This document shows, one piece after another, positions 49,467-56,842 of a stretch of 64,000 nt of DNA. Origin of the DNA: a virus (lineage: Duplodnaviria > Caudoviricetes); the IMG/VR virus record IMGVR_UViG_3300028569_001484, positions 28,166-92,165 of that record; one strand, 5' to 3'. The position numbers were made by a program, and so were the translations under genes. The notes beneath the pieces are model-generated. The model made no database searches and had not been told where the DNA came from. It saw only the letters and a program-made list of their open reading frames with translations. Numbering within the stretch: the first letter of the stretch is position 1; each line of letters begins with the position of its first letter.

Positions 49467-49583
49467 TAAGTATTTCGTTCTTTCAGCGTGGTGGGAGAAG
49501 CACTCCTCTAGAACATCTTTGTATGGTGGAACTGCCTTGGCCTTTAACCAAAGGGGGTCACCGACGAAAGAATGAAATACTTA
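49467..49583 (+). ncRNA. unassigned multi-branched small RNA
   Basis: Long closing helix TAAGTATTTCGTTCTTTC/GAAAGAATGAAATACTTA enclosing three hairpins; own promoter. Confidence 0.55.
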
Positions 49584-49584
49584 G

Positions 49585-49643
49585 TTGACAAAAAAAGAAA
49601 ATGTGGTAAGATGAATAAGTAGTAAGTAATAGTTCTTTAAAAT
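49585..49643 (+). promoter_or_regulatory. rRNA-like promoter plus boxA
   Basis: TTGACA-N16-TAAGAT then AGTTCTTTAAAA. Confidence 0.7.
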
Positions 49644-49697
49644 AAAAATAGTAGACTGAAAGATTACTAATCATTTGCTCTATATGTTTGATATATA

Positions 49698-50168
49698 TTG
49701 TATATGAAACATAGTAAACAAAAAGGAAATTTAGGATTCTCATCAACTCTCAAAGAGTTACATAAACTCGGATACAATGTATTTACTGAAGCAGGAGATA
49801 ACTCTAAAGTAGATATGATAGTTGAAGTGAAAAATCATTTGGTAAAAATACAAATTAAGTATATTACTGATACAAATGGACAAGTAACTTTAAACTTACA
49901 AAAAAGTGGTCCAAATGGATATAGGTACAAATATTCAGAATCTGATATAGATTTATTTAGTGTATATTTACCTACTTTAGATAAAGTAATTTTTATACCT
50001 GCTAAATTAGCTTGTAAAAATACAAGAACTTTTAGTATTAGATTTAATGAAAGTAAAAATAATCAAGATAAACACATTAATTATATAAGTGAATTTGAAG
50101 ATTTAGATAAAATTTTAAATAATTTGGTTAGTTCTTTAACAAATTTTAATGGGATCGTAGCTCAATAG
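49698..50168 (+). CDS. PD-(D/E)XK homing endonuclease (group I intron-associated type)
   Basis: KG.LG, GYNVF...D..KVDMIVE, IQIKY, Y...DIDLFSVY; stop lies inside tRNA-Lys. Confidence 0.8.
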   Translation: MYMKHSKQKGNLGFSSTLKELHKLGYNVFTEAGDNSKVDMIVEVKNHLVKIQIKYITDTNGQVTLNLQKSGPNGYRYKYSESDIDLFSVYLPTLDKVIFIPAKLACKNTRTFSIRFNESKNNQDKHINYISEFEDLDKILNNLVSSLTNFNGIVAQ

Positions 50169-50226
50169 GTAGAGCAGTTCGCTTTTAACGAATTGGTTGA
50201 CGGTTCAAGTCCGTCCGGTCCCACCA
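50151..50226 (+). tRNA. tRNA-Lys(TTT)
   Basis: Cloverleaf, loop CTTTTAA, GGTTCAAGTCC, CCA. Confidence 0.93.
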
Positions 50227-50233
50227 TTTTAAT

Positions 50234-50308
50234 GTCCCATTAGATTATCAGCTAAATCACTGGACTTTCACTCCGGAAAAAACGGGGCAGCACCGTTATG
50301 GGATACCA
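50234..50308 (+). tRNA. tRNA-Glu(TTC), non-canonical T-loop
   Basis: Loop CTTTCAC, T-loop GCAGCA, CCA. Confidence 0.8.
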
Positions 50309-50596
50309 TTTTGTACGTACAGACATATGTGAGTGTAGGACACTTTAAATAAGGCAAAACACATTAAGTGCATGTACTTAATATAAAGTAGCAGCATATG
50401 AAATTTTATGTTTGGTTGTTTCACGAGGAAAAACAACTTGGTGGAGGGTACATAACCAAAATGCCCCTAGAGTTGGAAGTTCTCTTAAAAAACTTCTTGG
50501 TTGCGGGGTTAGAAAGTGGTATACTTTGTTTGTTGGGCGGACAAAGTATTCAATAATTACACCCAACACAATTTTTACGGTTCTTTATAAACAATT

Positions 50597-50670
50597 TGCG
50601 GGTGATTGTAAAAATAGCATATTTCGCTCATAACGAAAAGGAAGTCGTGTAATTCGGCTACCCGATACCA
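50597..50670 (+). tRNA. divergent tRNA(CAT), initiator-like 5' end
   Basis: TTTCG-CTCATAA-CGAAA, mismatched top of acceptor stem, CCA. Confidence 0.65.
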
Positions 50671-50750
50671 TTTAGAATTGTTCATTGAAATATTAAAAAT
50701 TAAGCTAATTATTTTAGGTACAAATCTCATAGTTACTACTATTTATTAGT

Positions 50751-51563
50751 ATGACATATGTAAAATTAAAATGTGGAAATTGTAGCATAGATTTTGACTT
50801 TCAGAGAAAGTATTATAACTTTCAAAAGAAAAAAAATAAAACAAAATGGTTTTGTTCAAAATCTTGTTATAATGATAGTATAAAACCAACACTTATTGAG
50901 AAAAAATGTTTGTTTTGCAACAACATATTTTTGGGAAATTTGAGAAAGAAAAGCACTAATTTTTGCAATAAAACTTGTGGGAAAAAATATTCTCATTTAT
51001 TTATTGATAGAAAAAAAATCTCAGACACGCTAAAGTTATATTTCAAAAATAATCCAAGAGTTAAAAAGATTAAAGAATTTAAAAATAAATGTGTTGTATG
51101 TAACACTACTTTTATATCAAAAAGACATGTTAAAAAAACTTGTACATCTGTATGTTTTACAAAAAGATTGGTAGATGGAGGAAAAAAATCAGCATCTGTT
51201 CAGTCTAATAATAGACGATCAAAAAATGAAATTTATTTTTCAGAACTTTGTAAAAATGAATACAATAATGTATTAATAAATGAACCTATGTTTAATGGGT
51301 GGGATGCAGATGTAATACTACCAACACAAAAAATTGCTATATTATGGAATGGTAAATGGCATTATGAAAAAATAACAAAAAAACATTCTGTTGAACAAGT
51401 TCAAAATAGAGACAAAATAAAACTTGACGAAATTAACCATCTAGGATATGATAGTTATATCATAAAAGATTTGGGTAAATTTAATAAAAAATTTGTAGAA
51501 AATGAATTTTATAAATTTAATGAATGGCTACGTGGCAGAATGACTAATGCACCACTTTCATAA
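50751..51563 (+). CDS. Zn-finger repeat + Vsr/PD-(D/E)XK-like homing endonuclease
   Basis: Three CxxC...FCxxxC repeats; SKNE, WDAD, ILWNGKWH, RDKIK; stop inside tRNA-Met. Confidence 0.78.
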   Translation: MTYVKLKCGNCSIDFDFQRKYYNFQKKKNKTKWFCSKSCYNDSIKPTLIEKKCLFCNNIFLGNLRKKSTNFCNKTCGKKYSHLFIDRKKISDTLKLYFKNNPRVKKIKEFKNKCVVCNTTFISKRHVKKTCTSVCFTKRLVDGGKKSASVQSNNRRSKNEIYFSELCKNEYNNVLINEPMFNGWDADVILPTQKIAILWNGKWHYEKITKKHSVEQVQNRDKIKLDEINHLGYDSYIIKDLGKFNKKFVENEFYKFNEWLRGRMTNAPLS

Positions 51564-51603
51564 GGTGGAAAATTTGTAGGTTTGATTCCTACCGTAGCTA
51601 CCA
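51526..51603 (+). tRNA. tRNA-Met(CAT), elongator-like
   Basis: GGCTACG acceptor, CCACT-TTCATAA-GGTGG, CCA. Confidence 0.85.
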
Positions 51604-51622
51604 TTTTAGTTCTTTAATAATT

Positions 51623-51698
51623 TGCGGGTGAGTGAAACGGAAAATCATTCCACGCTCATAACGTGTTGAGATAGTGGGTTCGACTCCCACACCCGCTA
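51623..51698 (+). tRNA. tRNA(CAT), initiator-like, no encoded CCA
   Basis: TGCGGGT/ACCCGCT with 1:72 mismatch, CTCATAA loop, GGTTCGACTCC. Confidence 0.75.
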
Positions 51699-51796
51699 GA
51701 TAGTCAAAGTTGAATCACTTGCACGCAGTGACTATTGCATACAGAATAATATCTGTAACTAAGAATTCAACAATTAAGTTCTTTAAAAACTTTAGT

Positions 51797-51873
51797 GGTC
51801 CTGTAGCTCAATAGAGCAGAGCAATCAGTTTATAACTGATAGGTTGTGGGTTCGAAGCCCATTGGGACCACCA
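51797..51873 (+). tRNA. tRNA-Ile(TAT)
   Basis: ATCAG-TTTATAA-CTGAT, CCA. Confidence 0.88.
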
Positions 51874-51999
51874 AATTTAGGAACTATATCGTGCGTAGAG
51901 AAACATTAATAATGGCTCTACTATTCGTGAAAGTCTAACGGTAACTCTTCCATATCGTAAATGATGGTGCAAATCCATTGGAAGAACAATTTTTAGATT

Positions 52000-52083
52000 G
52001 GGCACGTGGCGGAATGGGAGACGCATTCGCCTCAAGAGCGAACGGAGCAATCCGTGGGGGTTCAAATCCCTCCGTGCCTACCA
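52000..52083 (+). tRNA. tRNA-Leu(CAA)
   Basis: TTCGC-CTCAAGA-GCGAA, long variable arm, CCA. Confidence 0.9.
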
Positions 52084-52155
52084 TTTATTGTTCATTGAAA
52101 TTTAGTAGACGCAAAGTAATTTGTATTTATGTCTTCCAAAATACTATTTATTAGT

Positions 52156-52818
52156 ATGAAAAAGATAGATATACAGGAATTAAAAATTGCAACAAAAACA
52201 TCTACATCATACGCTGAAGTTTTAAAAAAGTTAAAATTAAAACAAAGCGGATCAATGCAGTCTCGTCTTAAAAAAGAGATTAAAAATCTAGAGTTAGATA
52301 TTAGTCACTTTACAGGACAAGCCTGGTGTAGAGGTAAAAATTCTTATCAAGACAAAAGAATAAGAAACAAATATTCTGATGAAATTATTTTTATTGAAAA
52401 TAGTAATGTTTCAAATATTGTAGTGAAAAATAGATTGAAGTCAAATGCAAATTATGTGCATAGATGTGAATTATGCACAATTAAAGAATGGTATGACCCG
52501 TTTGAAAATAAAATTAAACCAGTGAATTTAGAACTTGACCATATAAATGGTGATGAAAGAGATAACAGAAAAGAAAATTTAAGGTTAATTTGTTCCAATT
52601 GTCATAGTTTTACTCCTACTTATAAAGGAAGAAACATAAACAAACCATTAAGAAATGGAGAAAAGAAAGTAACAGATGATGTTCTTTTAGAACATTTGAA
52701 AACAAAAAATATAAGACAAAGTTTAATTTCAGTGGGAATGTCTGCTTCTGGTGAAAATTATGAAAGATGTAAAATTTTGAAAAAGCAGTTGACATCAGAA
52801 GATAATGTGGTAAGATAA
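52156..52818 (+). CDS. HNH homing endonuclease
   Basis: S.AEVL..L.L, DISHFTG, CELC, LELDHINGD..DNR.ENLRLICSNCHS.T.TY. Confidence 0.88.
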   Translation: MKKIDIQELKIATKTSTSYAEVLKKLKLKQSGSMQSRLKKEIKNLELDISHFTGQAWCRGKNSYQDKRIRNKYSDEIIFIENSNVSNIVVKNRLKSNANYVHRCELCTIKEWYDPFENKIKPVNLELDHINGDERDNRKENLRLICSNCHSFTPTYKGRNINKPLRNGEKKVTDDVLLEHLKTKNIRQSLISVGMSASGENYERCKILKKQLTSEDNVVR

Positions 52819-52848
52819 AAGAGTAGTAAGTGATGGTTCTTTAAAAAC
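52789..52848 (+). promoter_or_regulatory. rRNA-like promoter plus boxA
   Basis: TTGACA-N16-TAAGAT then GGTTCTTTAAAAAC. Confidence 0.7.
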
Positions 52849-52857
52849 AATTTAAAT

Positions 52858-52945
52858 GGGCAAGTGGCGAAATTGGCGAAACGCAAGGGATTTAAAATCC
52901 CTCACTTAAGAAACGCTGTGGGTTCGAATCCCACCTTGCCTACCA
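52858..52945 (+). tRNA. tRNA-Leu(TAA)
   Basis: AGGGA-TTTAAAA-TCCCT, long variable arm, CCA. Confidence 0.9.
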
Positions 52946-52972
52946 TTTTTTGATAGTTCTTTAACAATTTAA

Positions 52973-53258
52973 GATAGTGGCGGAACAACCTTTGTATAGG
53001 GGTAACGCACAATAGTGGTGAAGAATCATTATTGGTTGGAGTAGCAATATGTAGTGTAAGTCTATGACGGATTGTGGGTCGTACAACCTATAATTCAAGC
53101 GTAACGACATCGTAGCTAAAATAAATGATATATCGTAGGTCGTTGTGGGTAACCAATCCCATCAATCGTTAACATAGAGAGTAATTAACTTTATGGATTG
53201 TGGATGAATAATGGTGCATATTGTGAAACTTGGAGGTAATCATTAGTCCTTCCTATTT
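52973..53258 (+). ncRNA. about 290-nt structured non-coding RNA (possibly GOLLD/ROOL-like)
   Basis: No ORF, higher GC than flanks, many hairpins (CAATAGTGGT/ATCATTATTG, GTGGG-TAACCAAT-CCCAT, GGAGG...CCTTC), follows boxA inside the tRNA operon. Confidence 0.55.
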
Positions 53259-53269
53259 GAATTTAAAAT

Positions 53270-53342
53270 GCGGGTCAAGTGTAAAGAGAGCACGTTGGTC
53301 TACCAGATCAAAAGGCGAAATGCAAAGTTCGGACCCGCTCCA
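53270..53342 (+). tRNA. tRNA-Gly(ACC), atypical T-arm
   Basis: GCGGGTC/GACCCGC, U discriminator, TTGGT-CTACCAG-ATCAA, CCA. Confidence 0.7.
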
Positions 53343-53350
53343 GTTTTAAT

Positions 53351-53426
53351 GCGATATTAGTGTCTATGAGGAGCACGGTGGGCCTTCCAGTCCACAAGGC
53401 CGGTGCAAGTCCGAGATATCGCTCCA
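53351..53426 (+). tRNA. tRNA-Gly(TCC), irregular anticodon loop and T-stem
   Basis: GCGATAT/ATATCGC, U discriminator, GTGGG-CCTTCCAG-TCCAC, CCA. Confidence 0.7.
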
Positions 53427-53435
53427 GTTTTTGAT

Positions 53436-53512
53436 AGTCCGGTAGCTCAATAGAGCAGAGCAATCAGTTTATAACTGATAGGTTGTGGGTTCGAAGCCCA
53501 TCCGGACTACCA
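53436..53512 (+). tRNA. tRNA-Ile(TAT), second copy
   Basis: 60-nt core identical to the 51797 copy, different acceptor stem. Confidence 0.9.
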
Positions 53513-53521
53513 TTTTATAAC

Positions 53522-53635
53522 GGATCAATAGCTCAATTTGGTTAGAGCTGGGAACTCTTTCGCTGCTTATAAACTAAAAGGTATAAGTAGGAAATAATTC
53601 CTCGGTTATCGGTTCAAGTCCGGTTTGATCCACCA
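53522..53635 (+). tRNA. tRNA with 36-nt insertion in the anticodon loop (mature CTT/Lys or CAT)
   Basis: Normal acceptor, D and T arms and CCA; GGGAA/TTCCT stem closes a 43-nt loop containing a hairpin. Confidence 0.75.
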
Positions 53636-53637
53636 TT

Positions 53638-54039
53638 TTAATAAATCTTTAGTCCTAGAGATTTTCTCCCTTTACCTTTATTTTTTGCTCTGCAAGTATC
53701 AAGTTGTGAGTCACAATTAGGACATATCAAACGAAAATTGGAATAAGAATTGTTATTAGCATATCCGTCAATGTGATCTACCCATAACCTTATAGGTTTA
53801 TTATTCCAATTATTTCCGTCTATACCACACAGTGAACATTTATTTCCATAATCTTCACATAACATTGAATATATTAATGGTCTCGTAGGCACTTTTGGAT
53901 AAGAACCATTTCTAATTTGATTTTTAATTGTAGTGGTTTGATAATGTTGTTGACATTTATTACTACAATAAATTCCTTTTGACACAGATGAATGATATGT
54001 AAATATTTTATTGCATGTTTTACAATTTGAATTAATCAT
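53638..54039 (-). CDS. HNH homing endonuclease (cassette 5)
   Basis: CKTC..YCSNKC, CSLCG, LWVDHIDG..NN...NFRLICPNCDSQ. Confidence 0.88.
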   Translation of the reverse strand: MINSNCKTCNKIFTYHSSVSKGIYCSNKCQQHYQTTTIKNQIRNGSYPKVPTRPLIYSMLCEDYGNKCSLCGIDGNNWNNKPIRLWVDHIDGYANNNSYSNFRLICPNCDSQLDTCRAKNKGKGRKSLGLKIY

Positions 54040-54179
54040 TTTTCCCCTTTCTTTTTATAATATCTTTCTAATGATTGTTCTTTTTTAACTTGTTGATTTT
54101 TGAAATAATAACGCATTTGTCTTTCACGACGAGCGTTTAACTTCTCGTCTTCAGTTTTATACTTTTGATTTCTTCCCAT
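54036..54179 (-). CDS. MGR-type basic leader micro-protein (cassette 5)
   Basis: MGRNQKYKTEDEKLNARRERQMRYYFKNQQVKKEQSLERYYKKKGEK; TGA overlaps the HNH ATG (ATGA). Confidence 0.78.
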   Translation of the reverse strand: MGRNQKYKTEDEKLNARRERQMRYYFKNQQVKKEQSLERYYKKKGEK

Positions 54180-54205
54180 GTATAATACATATATGAATGG
54201 TTACT

Positions 54206-54229
54206 AAAAGTAGAAAAAAAGTAGAAAAA
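54206..54229 (-). repeat. direct repeat TTTTTCTACTTTT x2 (putative operator, cassette 5)
   Basis: AAAAGTAGAAAAA with 11-bp period on + strand. Confidence 0.55.
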
Positions 54230-54247
54230 TAAATAAAAATATTTAAT

Positions 54248-54278
54248 AAAAACCCCAGCATTAATTTGTTGGGGTTTT
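54248..54278. terminator. bidirectional hairpin terminator closing the tRNA region
   Basis: AAAACCCCAGCA-loop-TGTTGGGGTTTT. Confidence 0.7.
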
Positions 54279-54343
54279 GTGGTTATTATATTTTGATATT
54301 TTGCTTGACTGTTGGAAATAGTTGTTATATATTAATAAGTGAT

Positions 54344-54586
54344 ATGGCACATTTTGTAAAACTCTCAGTATTGGATCCTGGTCACGATGATCTTGAAAAC
54401 ACAACAAATAGAAAATATAATCCACAGTTAATTAACTTGGATATGGTTATCAACGTTGAACAATCGAAGGTTCACAGTTTGATTTTTACTAAAAATAATA
54501 CACAGCATCCTATACGAGTAAGAGAATCTCTTGATGAGATTTTGTCTGTATCGAAGGGATGTGTTAAAAACGTTTTAAACGGTTAA
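54344..54586 (+). CDS. FlbD-like small protein
   Basis: FVKL...LINLDMV.NVEQ...IRVRESLDEI. Confidence 0.5.
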   Translation: MAHFVKLSVLDPGHDDLENTTNRKYNPQLINLDMVINVEQSKVHSLIFTKNNTQHPIRVRESLDEILSVSKGCVKNVLNG

Positions 54587-54589
54587 TAT

Positions 54590-55294
54590 ATGATTAATAT
54601 AAAGAATATCAATGTTTCTGCATATAAAGAAGAGTTTGTTAAAAACAGGCGGATTGTAATAGATAACTTTTTGACCGAGGAATATGCTGAAAAGTTGTAT
54701 AAGTACTATACAACCGAAATGAGCAAAGAATATTGGTCTGCTACATATATGCCGTCACTTAGATATGAAGGTGATTGGGAGTGGTGGCAAAATATTCCGG
54801 GTAATAGATATGTTATGGAACAAGCTTATCAACACGCTTGTAACGCTAGAGATAACAATCTATTCAGTTATTTTTTCTATAAAACGATGCCAACTGTTAT
54901 GGAAAAGGCTAAATCAGTTGTTTATGAAGAAACAATGGCTTTCTTTAACGGTAAAGAAATGATTGAGTTTATTAACAGTGTAACTGATTTGGAAATTACG
55001 ATGGGAGACAAAACCTTTGTGAGTCGTTATGCTGAAAACTGCTTTTTGAGCAATCATACAGATGATGTTAACGGTAAATTGGCATTTGTGTGTCATTTGA
55101 CCAAAGATTGGAATCCTGATTTTGGTGGGTTATATTTTGATTTGAGAGACAAAAACAATATCAGAGCGATCAACCCATCTTTTAATAAATTGGTAATTTT
55201 TGAAGTGGCGGCTGGAGTAGCACCACATTGTGTAACACAGGTTGTTAATAACTCAAACAAAGAAAGAATCAGCGTATCTGGTTGGTATAATTAA
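54590..55294 (+). CDS. 2OG-Fe(II) oxygenase
   Basis: IDNFL, HTD, W..DFGG, P.FNKLVIF, H, RIS. Confidence 0.88.
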   Translation: MINIKNINVSAYKEEFVKNRRIVIDNFLTEEYAEKLYKYYTTEMSKEYWSATYMPSLRYEGDWEWWQNIPGNRYVMEQAYQHACNARDNNLFSYFFYKTMPTVMEKAKSVVYEETMAFFNGKEMIEFINSVTDLEITMGDKTFVSRYAENCFLSNHTDDVNGKLAFVCHLTKDWNPDFGGLYFDLRDKNNIRAINPSFNKLVIFEVAAGVAPHCVTQVVNNSNKERISVSGWYN

Positions 55295-55308
55295 TAAAAT
55301 AAATTGTT

Positions 55309-56001
55309 ATGTATATTCCTGTAGAACACGAACACATTCCACTTGTAGTAATTGATAATTTTCTTCCAAGAGATCATGTTACTAAATTGTATGAAGATTT
55401 TATCAAGTTAAAGCCACATTTTGGTGTACCACATTGGAGTGGTGGTTACAATGATGGTGCTGCTTATAATCCAGATGAACCATTGAGTCCATTGTGTACT
55501 GGACAAGATGTTTGGCTTCCATTTAGCAATGATCAGGCTGAAAAGAACAAAGATTTGGGTTATTATGTATCAAATCTAAGCAAATATATTTTTCATCAGG
55601 GAGTATTAGATTTTTTAACCCACTCTAAAAATGAAGAACTCACTGCTTATGCTAAGTACAGATACTTGTATAAGTACCATATCATTAATTATGGTGATGG
55701 TGGATATTATAACTGGCACCGAGATTTGACAGTTAGTGGAATGACTTGGGATGGTGTAGAAGTAAATAAACAAAATGCATTTACATTTGCACTTACTTTG
55801 GTTAAAGATCCAAGTGTGATGAAGGGTGGAGAACAATACTTTATGTATAAAAACCATACATACAGATTGCCACTTACAAGCAATCAGTTAGCAATCTTTC
55901 CATCCACAGTGTTTCACGCTTGTAGTGAAATTACTGCTCCAAAGGATTTGGCTTGGGAAAACAAGAGATTCAACATACAGGCGTGGTTATGTCACGGTTG
56001 A
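55309..56001 (+). CDS. 2OG-Fe(II) oxygenase
   Basis: YNWHRD, GGE, IFPSTVFH, R. Confidence 0.88.
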   Translation: MYIPVEHEHIPLVVIDNFLPRDHVTKLYEDFIKLKPHFGVPHWSGGYNDGAAYNPDEPLSPLCTGQDVWLPFSNDQAEKNKDLGYYVSNLSKYIFHQGVLDFLTHSKNEELTAYAKYRYLYKYHIINYGDGGYYNWHRDLTVSGMTWDGVEVNKQNAFTFALTLVKDPSVMKGGEQYFMYKNHTYRLPLTSNQLAIFPSTVFHACSEITAPKDLAWENKRFNIQAWLCHG

Positions 56002-56004
56002 TAT

Positions 56005-56304
56005 ATGGAGTTTATTCACACATATTTGGGTTACAATAATAACCGAGATGAATACAACTGTGAAATTTTAAATGAAAGTAAAAATCCAGTTGGTTACTGT
56101 AAATATTATAAAAGTAATAGTTATGATGACATTGTGTGTATAGAATTTGTAAATATAGGTTATGAGCATCGTCGTAGAGGATATGCTACGGCGGTGGTTA
56201 GAGAATTGCAACGTATGTATACATTAAAATGGGATTATAGGTTTAGTGAGACTGGCAGAAAATGGTATGACGGATTGAGAAAAAAACAAGTGATAACTGA
56301 TTGA
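56005..56304 (+). CDS. GNAT-like protein
   Basis: HRRRGYAT. Confidence 0.6.
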   Translation: MEFIHTYLGYNNNRDEYNCEILNESKNPVGYCKYYKSNSYDDIVCIEFVNIGYEHRRRGYATAVVRELQRMYTLKWDYRFSETGRKWYDGLRKKQVITD

Positions 56305-56346
56305 TTATTATATTTATTTCTATAATAACAATTTAAATTCACTATT

Positions 56347-56835
56347 ATGACCAAAGAAGATCTAAAACAACTAATTCAAGAAGTATACGAAGAAGAAATG
56401 GCAGAAACCAAGAAAAAAGGTGCTGCTAAGGAAGAACCAAAGAAAGAAGCTCCTAAAGCTCCTAAAGCACCTGTGAAGAAAGCTGCTGAAGCTCCAAAAG
56501 CAGAAGATCCAAGCAAGATTACCAAGTCATTTGTCAAGACAATTGACAAACACGGCGATAAGAACAAATTTGCTGGTGACAAGGGTGATGCTGAATTATT
56601 TGGTAAAATCAAGAAAATTCTCACTCCATATGTTGGCAGAAGATTAGAAGAAGCTGATATTGAGAAGATGATGGAAGAGATGGAATGTGAGGAATGTTAT
56701 GAAGAAGGTGCAAAACCTGATTTCTTAGATTTAGATAAAGATGGTAATAAGAAAGAACCAATGAAGAAAGCAGCGATGGATGCTAAGACCAGTAAAAAGT
56801 TAAAAGAAATTATAGAAAAAGCAAAAAACATTTAA
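56347..56835 (+). CDS. acidic/basic probable head-internal protein
   Basis: LKQLIQE start, KPDFLDLDKDGNKKEPMKKA module. Confidence 0.6.
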   Translation: MTKEDLKQLIQEVYEEEMAETKKKGAAKEEPKKEAPKAPKAPVKKAAEAPKAEDPSKITKSFVKTIDKHGDKNKFAGDKGDAELFGKIKKILTPYVGRRLEEADIEKMMEEMECEECYEEGAKPDFLDLDKDGNKKEPMKKAAMDAKTSKKLKEIIEKAKNI

Positions 56836-56842
56836 ATTATTT

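Noticed and set aside
50378-50633. Short ORFs (50378-, 50412+; also 49558-, 51877-) in the tRNA array
   Set aside because: They overlap tRNAs or structured RNA and show no protein motifs or plausible starts.
53351-53426. 8-nt-loop tRNA-Gly as the required switch for the +1-frame nucleases
   Set aside because: Only some leaders start ATG-GGA-A, cassette 1 has a +1 stop soon after that position, and every nuclease has an in-frame ATG, so no such tRNA is needed.
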